Positions 1 through 12,483 of a stretch of DNA of 64,000 nucleotides are shown here, one piece after another. The DNA is taken from positions 119,102,001-119,166,000 of the forward strand of contig OZ024740.1 of the NCBI GenBank assembly GCA_964016885.1. Direction: 5' to 3'. This stretch comes from Eledone cirrhosa (taxonomy: Eukaryota). Numbering within the stretch: the stretch's first letter is position 1; each line of letters begins with the position of its first letter. Below the pieces are notes generated by a model. That model was given only the letters and a program-made list of their open reading frames with translations. It had not been told where the DNA came from and made no database searches. Both the position numbers and the translations under genes were made by a program.

Positions 1-267
1 TGTCAAGAAATCACTTAGAGACTCTCTTGTTATTTCATGATTATTCATTGGTAGAGGGCCAGACAAAATGCTTGGGTCATCTAGATCTGATTTTCTGGAT
101 TCAAATACTATTGAAATCAATTTCGTTTTCATCCTACCAAATTGATAATATAAAGTACCAGTCAAGTATTGAAATCGATCAAAATGACACCCCTCTCCAT
201 ATATGCATATATGTATATATGCATGTATATTTATACACACATATACGCACACACATATATATATATA

Positions 268-1826
268 AAGTAAGCCACTCTACTTGGCATTTGTCGACCT
301 TGAGAAAGCCTTTGACAGAGTTCCACGTGCAGTAATCTGGTGGGCTCTTAGAAAACTAGGAGTAGATGAATGGCTTGTGAAAGCGGTACAAGCCATGTAT
401 AGGGGAGCAGTCAGCAAAGTTAGGATTGGCAATGAGTATAGCGAGGAATTTAGCGTACAGGTTGGGGTCCACCAGGGCTCTGTTCTTAGCCCTCTCCTGT
501 TCATCATAGTCCTGCAGGCAATAACGGAGGAGTTTAAGACCGGATGCCCATGGGAACTCCTGTATGCTGATGACCTCGCACTCATAGCTGAATCTATGGT
601 AGAACTAGAGAATAAATTCCAAACCTGGAAGCAGGGACTAGAGAGAAAGGGCCTCAAAGTCAACATGACAAAGACTAAGGTCCTTATAAGTAGACGAGAA
701 AACAGAACCCAGATCCCCTCAGAGAAATGGCCTTGCTCAGTATGTAGGAAAGGTGTAGGTAGGAACTCCATTCTTTGCCCCAAATGCAAACAATGGGTAC
801 ACAAGAGATGTAGCGGGATCTCAGGAAGCTTAATTAAGAATGTAGGATTCACATGCAGCAGCTGTGCTGAAACAGCAAGCAAACAGCCACAGGAAACAAG
901 TACCACCAATCTCTGGGAGGGCCCTGTAGAAACAGTAGACAGCTTCTGCTACCTAGGTGACCGAATTAGCAACGGAGGTGGGTGCTCAGAAAGTACAATA
1001 ACTAGGGTAAGAACGGGATGGAAGAAGTTTAGGGAACTACTACCACTGCTAGCTGCAAAAGGCTTCTCCCTCAGAATGAAAGGCAGACTGTATGATGCGT
1101 GTATCCGAACAGCGATGTTGCATGGTAGTGAGACCTGGGCGCTGAAGGTGGAAGACTTACGTAGATTAGAGAGAAACGAAGCCTGCATGCTCCGATGGAT
1201 GTGTAACAGTAATATACGTGAACGACAAAGCATAAATGAATTGAGAGAGAGACTGAGCATAAGAGGAATCAAATGCTGCGTGCAGGAGAGGCGGTTACGC
1301 TGGTATGGACATGTGATGCGTATGAAGGATGACAGCTGCATAAAAAGGTGCAGAGCACTAGAAGTTGATGGAAACCGCGGAGTGGGGAGACCCAAGATGA
1401 CTTGGGATGAGGTGATAAAAGCCGACCTTACCCAACTACACCTCTCAAAGTCAATGACACACGACCGTGACTTCTGGCGTCACGCAGTAATACAGGGTAC
1501 CCGACCTCCCATGGGTACATGCTGAAGCATATAAACAATATGCCCCCCCCCCCACCGCAAGGTGGTCGTGGAGGTGCCACGGCAAAAAAAGCACCCAGCC
1601 CACACTGTAAAGTGGACGTGTAGGCGCCACGAAAAAGCACCCAGCACTCACTGTAAATGAGGTTGGTGTTAGGAAGGGCATCCAGCTGTAGAAATCAAGC
1701 CAGATCAGTTCCTGTATGAGCAAGGCATGGTCAGCCGACCAGACACTGCCCACAACAGGACAACCCGTCTAACCCATGCTAGCGTGGAAGAACGGACGTA
1801 AAACGGTGATGATGATGATGATGATG
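268..1826 (+). mobile_element. 5'-truncated RTE-clade LINE with 3' UTR and (GAT)n tail
   Basis: Begins right after a TA tract. Open RT frame, then about 300 bp of UTR (aaaagcacccagc...ggaagggcatccagctgtagaaa...cccatgctagc) ending gatgatgatg at 1826. Confidence 0.93.
284..1525 (+). CDS. RTE reverse transcriptase, C-terminal part, with embedded PHD-like zinc finger
   Basis: FVDLEKAFDRV, GVHQGSVLSPLLF, LLYADDL, FCYLGD, RLRWYGHVMR, GRPKMTW. Cys/His cluster at 728-865. Confidence 0.92.
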   Translation: MAFVDLEKAFDRVPRAVIWWALRKLGVDEWLVKAVQAMYRGAVSKVRIGNEYSEEFSVQVGVHQGSVLSPLLFIIVLQAITEEFKTGCPWELLYADDLALIAESMVELENKFQTWKQGLERKGLKVNMTKTKVLISRRENRTQIPSEKWPCSVCRKGVGRNSILCPKCKQWVHKRCSGISGSLIKNVGFTCSSCAETASKQPQETSTTNLWEGPVETVDSFCYLGDRISNGGGCSESTITRVRTGWKKFRELLPLLAAKGFSLRMKGRLYDACIRTAMLHGSETWALKVEDLRRLERNEACMLRWMCNSNIRERQSINELRERLSIRGIKCCVQERRLRWYGHVMRMKDDSCIKRCRALEVDGNRGVGRPKMTWDEVIKADLTQLHLSKSMTHDRDFWRHAVIQGTRPPMGTC

Positions 1827-1877
1827 TATATATATATATATGTGTATATATACATGTATATATATATATATATGTAT

Positions 1878-1919
<42 letters not shown>

Positions 1920-1921
<2 letters not shown>

Positions 1922-1978
1922 TTATCATCATCATCATCGTTTAACGTCTATCTTCCACGCTAGCATGGGTTAGACGGG
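1920..1978 (-). mobile_element. Very short RTE 3'-end copy, tail-to-tail with the upstream LINE across (TA)n
   Basis: Near reverse complement of 1764-1826. Confidence 0.85.
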
Positions 1979-2353
1979 AGTTCTCCCACTTGAGGCAAGA
2001 CTGGGCAGGTGAATTCCGGTTTACAATCGGGGGTAACCACAGTAAGTAAGGTATTCAATACAAAGTAGAGTATAAATATTTAATATAGAAAAGGCTTCTA
2101 AAGGTCTAGAACTGTTTCATTCAGGAGAAATCATCATTGCTTCCTGATGATTTCTCACGAATGAAATAGTTCTACTCCTGTAGAAGACGCGCGCCATAAT
2201 CCACTTTTCTAAAAAACAAATGATACACAAAACGCCAGCACCAACAGTTTTGCAAGAGATGTCAACATGAATGGACCTGTTATTTTCATCTAAAGACATT
2301 TTTTTCAAATTCCATCCTGCCCGTCCCATTAATCTATTTTATTTCTCATTCTT

Positions 2354-2389
2354 TCTTCTGATGAAGGACTAGCGTCCGAAACGTTAAGA
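2354..2389 (+). ncRNA. Minimal type I hammerhead ribozyme in a pLTR-like repeat
   Basis: TCTT-CTGATGA-A-GGAC(TAGC)GTCC-GAA-ACGT-T-AAGA. Stems I and II pair; stem III is palindromic. Confidence 0.8.
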
Positions 2390-3248
2390 CCCTCTTCCTG
2401 CTATATCAAGCACAAGCGTTAACCTAACATATACCCTCCATATACTGTACCAATTGTGTTGTTATTTCTGTTTACCTTTTACATATATATATATACACAA
2501 TGTTATTGTATCATATTTGTATTTGATTTGACTGTTTACCATTTTTGCAAAATGATGAGTTCTAAGTAACTAGTTCCTTGATCATTAATAAAAGTGATTT
2601 CTCACAGAAAATCTCACTTGGTATTATATTTACGTATTTACTCTGCTCTATTAATATATTCATATATTTATCCGTTTGTTTGCTTATTTTGTCAATTCAA
2701 TATTATATTTTCTTTTTTAGGAAAAAAGCCAAACTGTTAAAAAAGTGTAGAAAATATATAGAAATATAAACAAATAGTAATCGATTAGAAAATTTAAGAT
2801 TCCATTTGAACAGTCAGACTTACAGACACTGGGAAGACCGTTATTAGCTTTAGGAAAACTCAGTTGGTTCCTCCAAACATTTTTCATACTATTTTGAGTA
2901 GAGATATATCTATGGATATTTAATGTTTACCCAATTAAAAATTTGTGATGTTGAGGTCACATAGCACAGTGTGTTCCATTATTGACAGCTTTGAATGCCT
3001 TTTGGAAGTTATAATTCATTCAAATGAAAATCAAAATATCAGCCAATCCTATGGTTTATTTTTTCTAATCTTTGAAGTTAAAATTTTGTACAGTCATCAA
3101 GTTTTAAACATTGTTTATGAATTTATCATTTTTTTTGTATTACTATTAGTGGAGTGTTTGTATGTTTTATGTTTAAATATAATATACATGTATATATATA
3201 CAATATGAATACATATACACACACATAGATAGATATATAGTGTCTTTC

Positions 3249-3435
3249 ATCATCTTAGGTTGGACGGGTCCTTCTCAATGCAACATCTATCCACTCACCA
3301 TGTTCCTTCATCATCTCAATGAGTCTCAGCAAATTGAGGTCACATCTCCCCACCTCTGCCCAGGTCTTTCTTGCTTTATCTCTGCTGGGGCTTCCATCCA
3401 TTGACATTTCCTGGCACTTCTTTACCCATCAACCA
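3249..3435 (-). mobile_element. Decayed RTE C-terminal fragment
   Basis: Minus strand reads WVKKCQEMSMDGSPSRDKARKTWAEV, similar to the end of the 284-1525 ORF. Confidence 0.65.
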
Positions 3436-3519
3436 TCACATTATATCCATGCCATGGCATTCATTACATCTATGTATGTGTGTGACACATACACACATAG
3501 ATGTAAGCCATTGTAGTCC

Positions 3520-3830
3520 ATGTACACAGCTCACAAAAACAAAATGGTGTAAAACAAAACAAACGAGAGTCACAAAGTAACAACAAATATAATCACTGAG
3601 GGGTTTACAAAATGAATGATGAAAGAGCTGTAACAATCAAAAACTAAACAACCATATGATTTTTAAACTAACTGACTGGGAATTATAACAATAAATTGAA
3701 GTGAAACCCAACAGATGTGTATGTATTTTCTATTGGTAGCATGACCCTACCAAAGAATAACAATATATGTTTCATCACACGTTTTCAGATGAAGAATCTT
3801 GCAAAACATTTAAAAACGAAAACAAATATA
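3520..3830 (+). mobile_element. Decayed PLE pLTR with degenerate HHR (3593-3633)
   Basis: tcactgagggg...gaaagagct, and a 3' end (atgaccct...ataacaat...cacacgttttcagat) shared with 10760-11110 and 27100-27220. Ends in (TA)n. Confidence 0.55.
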
Positions 3831-4528
3831 TATATATATATATATATAATATGAATCGAACACTTGAAAGCAGGGAAAGCATATGTTAAATGAAGATGAG
3901 AATGATGTATATATACATACACATATGAATATATACAGACACAGATATACATTTTATATCATACATTCATGGTTCCTTAACTCCTAGGGGAGTCATAGTA
4001 CTGTATTGAAATACAAGGTTTTTAGAGTATTTTTTAAAAAGCTTGCAAAGCCCATATCCTCTCCAGGTCACGTTACACATCCAAATCTTTTGATAAACCT
4101 AGGAGTTTGTTGTATCGAAACAAAGTTTCATGTTACAGGTATGAACAGCTTTTCAAATAACAGGAAATTATAAGATTCATTTAAAAACATTGACATCATT
4201 TATTACATCCTCGAATTTTCTAGGATATATCTCGGGATCCCAGAATAAGTAAAAGTGAGAAGGTCTACCAGATACAATAGCACATCCAGTTAAGCATTCA
4301 GAAATAATCATTTCAACTACTCTAGCATTATATAGTCATATATAATGGTTTATATTATATAGTAGAATTGATAACTGTTAACTAGCAAAGTGGAGTAACA
4401 CATTTAGTGCAGGATTGCAACAAAATGAAAATTCTGAAACTACCTGCTATAATGTGGGCACTTAGGACTTTACTTCTTCTGCAAATTCATATGATCCCTA
4501 TTTAATTAGTTCATATTTTTTATAATTC

Positions 4529-4713
4529 TGGTGGATTGGCAGTATCGGTAGAGGGTCGGACGCCATGCTTTGACGCATAGAGTTACGGCCCTTGCCATTC
4601 TGAGTTCAAATCACGCTGAGGTTAACTTTGCCTTTCATCCTTACGTGGTCAATAAAATAAAGTACCAGTAATGCACTCGGTAATTGCTGACCTTGTGCCA
4701 AAAGTAGAAACAA
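4529..4713 (+). mobile_element. tRNA-derived SINE family A, full length
   Basis: A-box-like tggcagtatcggt, B-box gagttcaaatc, body ctttgcctttcatcc...agtaccag. Target site duplication (TSD) about tatttttataat. Confidence 0.85.
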
Positions 4714-6332
4714 TTATTTTATAATCCCAGTGGTTTGATTTGATAGAGAAAACATATTATCAACATTTCTATGAAAATAGCCATTTTGTTACCATATAAC
4801 TAATGAAAGACTACTTATAATTTCTAAGTAATTTTGAACAAAGATTCTTACATAAAATTATCAGGAAAAGTTTTGTATGGTACAACCAAGCACAGTCTAG
4901 AGTAGTTTGTCATCAAAAGGTTTAATATAGACACATATTTTTCATTTCGATTTATCATAGAAGTTTTAACCAAAAATGGTTTTGAGGAATTTTCAGATAA
5001 ATGAGTGACACATACATAGTGTTTAGCAAATGTTGTGTCAGTTATACTCCTTCAATATCTAGCATACATATTATAGTATCAAATGTTATATTTACTGAGA
5101 TAGGATTTGAATCCATGTTCTAGTAACTAGAATCTTGTTAAAATGGCATGACATTATTGATTTTAATGCTTTTAACCTTTGTATGATTTTGCCTTTCCCA
5201 ATCTTTGTAAAAGAAATAAGGAAAAGTTTGTTTCTCTATATAGTTTTGCAACTGAAGATTTATAGTCATAGTAGCAAAGAAGCAGAATTGGCCACTTTAC
5301 ATAAGATTTTATTTGTGTGTGATACATAAAACTGTCTAACAAAATATATGGGTAGATGATTCTGCTAGAAAACCTTAAGATAACCGTATGTCTTGACAGC
5401 ACACATCTCACACACAGATCAGCATTTAGTGAATAAAATGAAATCCCCTATGAGAGTTGCTCAGTATTTGTCAAGATTCCATTTAGTATGCTTTATGAAA
5501 ATAAATTGGAATCACCCCAGAACTCTAAACATCTCATTGCAAGATTTATTTAAATATGCAAGAAACATGACAGCAGTGAAATTCTTCTGGTAACAATTTA
5601 CATTTCTTTTAATGTTTCCTCCTATAAATGTATGTATTATTCATGTGGACTCCACAGTCACTATAGTTGTATGGTAACATTATGCATATCAAATAATAGA
5701 TTTACAACTAGATACCTTCTAAATACCAGTTTTTTGTGAGCTGAGAGAGAGATAGAGTGAGTGAAAGTGAGTGATGAAGTAATGAGGAAGTGGTAATTGT
5801 GAATTATATAAAAGTGAGAAAAACATCTTAATCCTAACCATAGTATTATAATAGATAACTCAAATACAGTAATGATTTTCATAAGATTTGTCAATATCTG
5901 AAATGCTAAATCTCCAATCATATATATATTTATACATGATATACTATATCAATCTCCTTCATGTAATCCTTCAGCAACGTCCTTATTATTAATCTAATAA
6001 ATATTATTTTGCACTGGTATTGCCTGAATTCATTTTTCTTTATATCTACATTCTCTTGTATCTCAGTATGAATATTTTGATGTCAGCTTGAAGTGCCATA
6101 TCCTAAATGTTGATTGAATTTTACTACTATTTTGTGCCATTTCTATCATCATACTAGCCCCAGTATGAGTTTCTAATGAGCAATGCATGTCTTATTTCAT
6201 GTTTCTGTAGATGGTGATACATTTGACTAAACTGATACATTTAAACTGGCTCAATTCATTGAGAAAAACTACAACCTTATACAAAAAACATACAAGGCAA
6301 ATTCATAATCAGTTATATTATTTAATATTGTT

Positions 6333-6448
6333 GATCTGAGTTCAAATCCCACCGAGGTTGACTTTGCCTTTCATCCTTACGGGGTCGATAAAATAAAGTA
6401 CCAGTAATGCACTGGGTAATTGCTGGCCTTGTGCCAAAAGTAGAAATA
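6333..6448 (+). mobile_element. SINE family A, 5'-truncated
   Basis: 16-bp TSD attatttaatattgtt at 6317-6332 and 6449-6464. Confidence 0.88.
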
Positions 6449-6819
6449 ATTATTTAATATTGTTAAATCCTTATTTTGTCAAAGGAAGAGAAGCAGTAGA
6501 CAAGAATCTTTAGTCTTCTCATAGTTGGTGTATTTGATTTGATTACTATTCAGCTTGGATTTCTGGAGTTCAACAGCTGTAATCACGATGTAGTTGTGAG
6601 GGACCTTTTGAGAAATGCTGTTCAGGTGAAAAAAAATCCAGCAAGGTGTTCAATGTCAGATATAGTAAGTAATACAACGGACACTCAGTAAGGATGAAAA
6701 GGAAAAAAGAGGAGGGATTTCCCTTTGAGCTTTGACAAATGTTGCATGCAGCTTACTATTTCAGAAAAAAATTCTGTGAAACTAGTGCTTTTAGCATGAT
6801 GTTAAGTGGATTTTTGTCA

Positions 6820-7242
6820 CTGTAAAGTGATTGGGGATAGAAAGGGCATTTTGCCAAATTGTCTGAAGGACCTTCCAGTTATGTCCAAGACATGACAACC
6901 GCCCTAGTATTTCTGATTCATATGATAAATGCACCCACTACATTCTGTAAAATAGCTGATGATATGAAGGGCATCCAAAAGTAGAAAACATGCCAAAAAT
7001 ATTTGGGAGGGACTCTACCGCTGGGACAAAGACATGACAATGATGCTGGTGCTGGTGCCATGATTAAATGTGTTCAGTAGAATGCAGGATCGTATATAAG
7101 TGAGATGCAGCCCCTACCTCATCTGAGAGACTGATGCATCTGCTTGAGTACTAATTTGGTCAATGAAGAACCATCTAATCTTTGCTAATAGGGAAGATGG
7201 ACATTAGATAATGATGATGAAGCTGAAGTTGATGATGATGAT
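6820..7242 (+). mobile_element. Decayed RTE-type 3' UTR
   Basis: gaagggcatcca...gtagaaa motifs and a (GAT)n tail. Confidence 0.5.
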
Positions 7243-7533
7243 ATATATATATATAAGGTTTTATGTACATCCAACCCCATCTTGAATGAATTTCTCTTTC
7301 CTTTACTTTTTTATGTATTATAAAATATCTTAGTCACAGAAATACTAAATGGAATTAAGAATTTATTCACAAAAGTTTGAAATAAAATTAAGACCAATAT
7401 TGTGTTTAACATGCCAGAATATTGGTCTTGATTCGCACCAAGCAACATTCTATGCACAACCTTAATTTGCTTCAAAGTTCCCCAAATAGCCCCCTCTCTC
7501 TCTATGTTATATACCATCATCATCATCATCACC

Positions 7534-7853
7534 ACTCTGGAATCAAAAGCTCATCGGACCTCCGTGGTAATGATAATAGAATGAATATACATGTCATACA
7601 AAATAATCTAACGTTCATATGTTGGTCAGTTTCAGTTGTTTTGATTGGTGGATTAATTACGATGAATGTATTCGTCTGTAATATATATAACCCACCCATC
7701 TATATTACAGGCGAATGCATTCCTCGTAAATTAATCCACCAATCAAAGCAACTTAAACTGACCAACATATGAACCATAGACTTTCTGGTATGCCATGTAT
7801 ATTCATTCTATCATCACTACTACAGAGGTCCAACGAGCTTTTGATTCCAGAGT
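7534..7853. repeat. Foldback with arms of about 150 bp and a loop of about 15 nt
   Basis: 7534-7685 is an imperfect reverse complement of 7701-7853. Confidence 0.9.
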
Positions 7854-7956
7854 CGGGCTAGACCGATAAAGATCGAACCTCGAGCTGATCAGTAGCAAAA
7901 CGCGCATCACCAACCAATAAACGTAATGAAGAAGTAAACATTTATCCTTGTATTAT

Positions 7957-8016
<60 letters not shown>

Positions 8017-8018
<2 letters not shown>

Positions 8019-8768
8019 TCCCTCATAATGAAAGACAGACTGTATGATGCATGTATACGAACAGCAATGTTACATGGTAGTGAGACCTGGGCGTTGTGTG
8101 TAGAAGACTTGCATGGATTAGAAAGAAACAAAGCTTGCACGCTCCGATGGATGTGTAATAGTAATATATGCGAACATCAAAGCATAAACGAATTGAGAAA
8201 GAGACTGAGCATAAGAGGAATCAAGTGCTGTGTGTAGGAGAGGTGGTTGCGTTGCTATGGACATGTGATGTGTATGAATTATGTCAGCTGCATAAAAAGG
8301 TGCGGAGCACTAGAAGTCGATGGAAGCCGTGAAGTGGGGAGACCCAAGAAGACCTGGGATGAGGTGATAAAAGCTGACCTTACTCAATTGCACCTCTGAA
8401 AGGCGATGACACAGGACTGTGACCTCTGGCGTCACACAGTAATACAGAAGACCCAACTCCCTACAGGTACAAGCCAAAGTTGCCCCCACCCCCTACCACT
8501 GCAAAGTTATCGTTGAGGTGCCACGGAAAAAAGCACCCAGCCCACACTGTGAAGTGGTCGTGTAGGCACCATGGAAAAAAAGCACCCAGCACTCACTGTA
8601 AATGAGGTTGGTGTTAGGAAGGGCATCCAGCTGTAGAAATCAAGCCAGAATCAGTTTCCGTATGAGCAAGACAAGGTCAGCAGACTGGACACTGCCCACA
8701 ACAGCACAACCCATCTAACCCATGCTAGCATGGAAGAATGGATGTAAAACAGTAATGATGATGATGAT
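8017..8768 (+). mobile_element. 5'-truncated RTE LINE, same family as 268-1826, with stops
   Basis: RLYDACIRTAMLHGSETWAL; colinear with 1066-1826; (GAT)n tail. Confidence 0.92.
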
Positions 8769-10936
8769 ACTCACATGAACAAATGGAGGGAAGGAATGTA
8801 ATGTCACTGATTACTTTATTCGTGCTATTTTTTCTCATTTTATGATATTTCACAGTAAATCTGAGAATATATTGTTGTTTTAATTACTATTATCATTTCA
8901 GAATTCCATAAGTTTTCTTTCCATTTCATTTTCTTTCCTGTGTTTATTTATTCATTTGTTTAATCAAGGGAGATATAAATTTGAAAATGAAATTAGAAAA
9001 CTAAATTAAAGTACCACCTTTCTGAAAAGCAAAATGGCCACATACATGCATACACAAGCACATACATACTCACATGCTCTCTCTCTCTCTATATATATAT
9101 ATATTTAAAAAAAATGAAGGAAGTGAAATGAAAATGAAATGAAACCCCAAATATGAAATTTCAACTCTTCATTTGTCAAAAAAGATGGAAGCATGATTGA
9201 TGCATTTTGTATGTTGTTTTTTTTTTGTTTTTTTTTTTATTTCAAATGGTTAGGAATAAAATTTAAAAATGTCTTGGTGTTAAAATAAATAAAAATAGAA
9301 TTAAATTTTTTTCTTACATTGCCTTAATACTATATATTTGTTCTTTATTTCTTAATATATTTAAAATTCTTCATAATTTTTCATATCTTCCAAAGCCATA
9401 AAAGCAAAGCAAAGAAAAAAATATGAAAAACAAATATAAGTACAAAAACATCATTACATTCTTACAATTTTTGTTCTCAGCAAACCAAATTATAAATTTC
9501 AGACTCAAATTCATTCATGGAAGTGATCCTGTCTATTATATTGTTACCAGTTACTGTCAGCTTTAGTGTTTTTTAATGTTTTACATCAATTTTCAATGAG
9601 ATGTTAAATGAGATTGAAGATTGGAACATATGGATAAAGTGTAAATTTTATATCTTTTACTTTTGTTTTGTTTTCTTTATATAATGCTCATACACTCCTT
9701 CTCTCTCTGTATATATACTTAATCGCTACATTTCTCTTTCTTTATCACACAATGGTTAACTTCTTAGCATTCAGCATTCAAATAACAATTTTTTTCATAA
9801 CATCTAAACTTTCTAATTTGGTCTTTCTATTCACCTCTCTGTTTGCCTCACTCATCCCCGCTCTCTCCCTTTCACTCTCCTGAGACTCTCTGTATTATAG
9901 AATAAGAGTTGTCTCTATAAAGGCCTCAATAGTCATAGGAAATCGAAGTAGTATTATATGTGCAAACATACAATACAACACAAGGTAGATTTTAAATCAT
10001 TGCAAGTTAAAGCCAATTTTACATTATTATATAGAGAGAAATAATAAATTCTCATGTTGTATGGTGAACTACATTTCTGTCTTTCTAGGAGTCTCTAGCC
10101 TACTGATATGCTGTCTTCTTTCTTTGCTTTACTACTGCTTCTAGTCTTTCTTGTTCAGAATTCTCAGCTTACTCATGTGATTCCTACATGAGACATCATG
10201 TAACTGATTAAGGATAACATCAATGGCATCAGTGTTTCTAGTCTCGGAAATCCCGTGAAGGCACACCGCCGAATTTTCAAGATCTGAAATATTTTGTGAA
10301 ATATTTGTGAAATGTATTTAATTTGTTATGTAGTAACAATTGATCACGCTTAAGCAAACCTATGTCTTGGAAATAACAATTTAAATTGTTATTCACCAGA
10401 TTCTGTTGACTGTTAAATCTCATCCTTTGATTGGTATACTTGCCACATCTATGTAAAATAAATATTAATAAAAAATGGATGCTATCGTTGCTTGTCTTTT
10501 GTATTTGTTTTGGAACGTGCATTTTGTTAAAATTTATTATTCCATGTGAGGTTACTCATCCACCTTAATTAACCTACTGTGGTTATGTATGACAGCTCCC
10601 CCCCCCCCCCTCTCTCTGGTTTTCTTTCTCTCCTCTTTTTCTTTTTAACCTTTTCAACCATCCAATTTCTGAGGTATGCTGAGTCCTTGTTCCCCGAACG
10701 AGAAAAGATCTATCTCTTTGCTCTCTAACTAAAAAGTATAAAAGGGTGAAAAAGGGCTGTTATACATAACCCTCCCAAAGTATAAAAATATCTGCTTCAG
10801 CACATGTTTTCAGATAAGAAATCTCGCAAAACAAATTCAAAAACGAATTATATATATATATAAATAAATTAGCATATTTGCTTATAGAAATATGGTGGAG
10901 GACAGAACAAAGGAGAGACACAAAATAAAAACCTAG

Positions 10937-10977
10937 TCACTGAGGAGGTCACAAAATGTCTGACGAAAGAGCTTTGA
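10937..10977 (+). ncRNA. Minimal hammerhead motif in a pLTR remnant (about 10865-11110)
   Basis: TCA-CTGAGGA-G-GTCA(9 nt)TGAC-GAAA-GAGCTT-TGA. Confidence 0.6.
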
Positions 10978-11146
10978 TGATATATAAACAACCTTCTGGT
11001 TATCGAACCAACCAACCGGAAACTTTTAATAAATTTAAGTGAAAACCAACAGATGTGTGTGTTTTTATTGGCAACATGACCCTTCCTAAGTATAACAATA
11101 TATATATTCAAATATATATATATACATATATTCTAAAATATTCTAA

Positions 11147-11190
11147 ACCCATGCTAGTGTGGAAGATAGACGTTAAACGATGATGATGAT
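11147..11190 (+). mobile_element. Very short RTE 3'-end insertion
   Basis: acccatgctagtgtggaagatagacgttaaacgatgatgatgat. Confidence 0.75.
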
Positions 11191-12451
11191 TACTTTTCAT
11201 GATTTACATATGCAATTGCTTATATAAATTGTAAATATATTACTTTTAAACTTAATACAAATCAATATAATAAATAGCAATATATCAGACAGAAAGTGCA
11301 TTCTAAGACAGTTCATAAATAGGGATTTAGGCTTTAATAAATAAATCATTTTAGAACAAAGTTTTTCAAAATTGATCTTCTTGAGTTGAATATTTTATTT
11401 TTCCATCTTTCCCTGCATAACAATATTAGGTGATAGGTGCTAAGTTTTGGATGATGTCAGCACTATAGCACTCACGAGAGTTACAATTCATTGTTTTAGA
11501 ACAAAGTAAATAAATCTAGATATTGAATAAGTCAAAATTTTGCTTAACTTCTTCAAAGAACAAAAAGATTTCTGTCCAACCCTCACCCATTCTCGCTTTT
11601 ATTTAGACAGTTCCTCAGACATCTTCATTGATTTAATTTACACACACATGCACATGTACATACACACACACATAGATACATACATACATACATACCTACT
11701 TACATACATACATATATATATACACATATACGTATACATAAATATCTACATATCTTTATGTACATATAAATTTGTATAGATGTATATATAAATGTACACA
11801 CATATGTTTGTGTGTGCCGCTATTCCAACATACATATTAATATATATGTGTGCATGTGTGTGTAATGTTTTTGCAACTTAGTTATTTGTTCCTGCAATAT
11901 GAATATGCATATCTATACATACATTTCCTCCACTGCTCTTCTGTCATAACTCATATTCTTTATACATCCAAAAGTTTCAACATTTCAGAAAGAAAATGCC
12001 CATTAGCCTCTTACCATATTTTTTTTCATTTCATTCTTGTAAATCACTAGTAAAAAATGTTCAAGTATATACATCTTGGTGGGGTGTAAGTGTAGAGGTA
12101 AGCATACAGAAAGTTTTGATAATGTCAGTGGGAAAAAATATTTAAAGTTTGCAGTGAATTGCTAAGTGAGCCAATACTATAATAGTCAATCTTAATATAC
12201 AACAGAGTCAAGCCTGCTGACTACTGTTCAAAATGTCAACTCTTATTAATCTTCTATATTACAGATTTCTCTATATCGATCTAAAGTTTGCAAAATTGTT
12301 TTCAACATTGAAATCATGTTGATATATCTAAAATGACATACATTCATAAATATATTTAGTACACAAATTAGTTCTAATAGTTACAAAAGAAAAGAATGTT
12401 GATAACTTTACTCACAGTAGAAAAAAACATGTATGAAAAATACTTTAGCAA

Positions 12452-12483
<32 letters not shown>

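Noticed and set aside
280-1395. Minus-strand ORFs of 209 and 148 aa
   Set aside because: Antisense shadows of the RTE RT ORF.
4529-4620. tRNA genes at SINE heads
   Set aside because: A and B boxes are present but there is no complete cloverleaf, and they run into SINE bodies.
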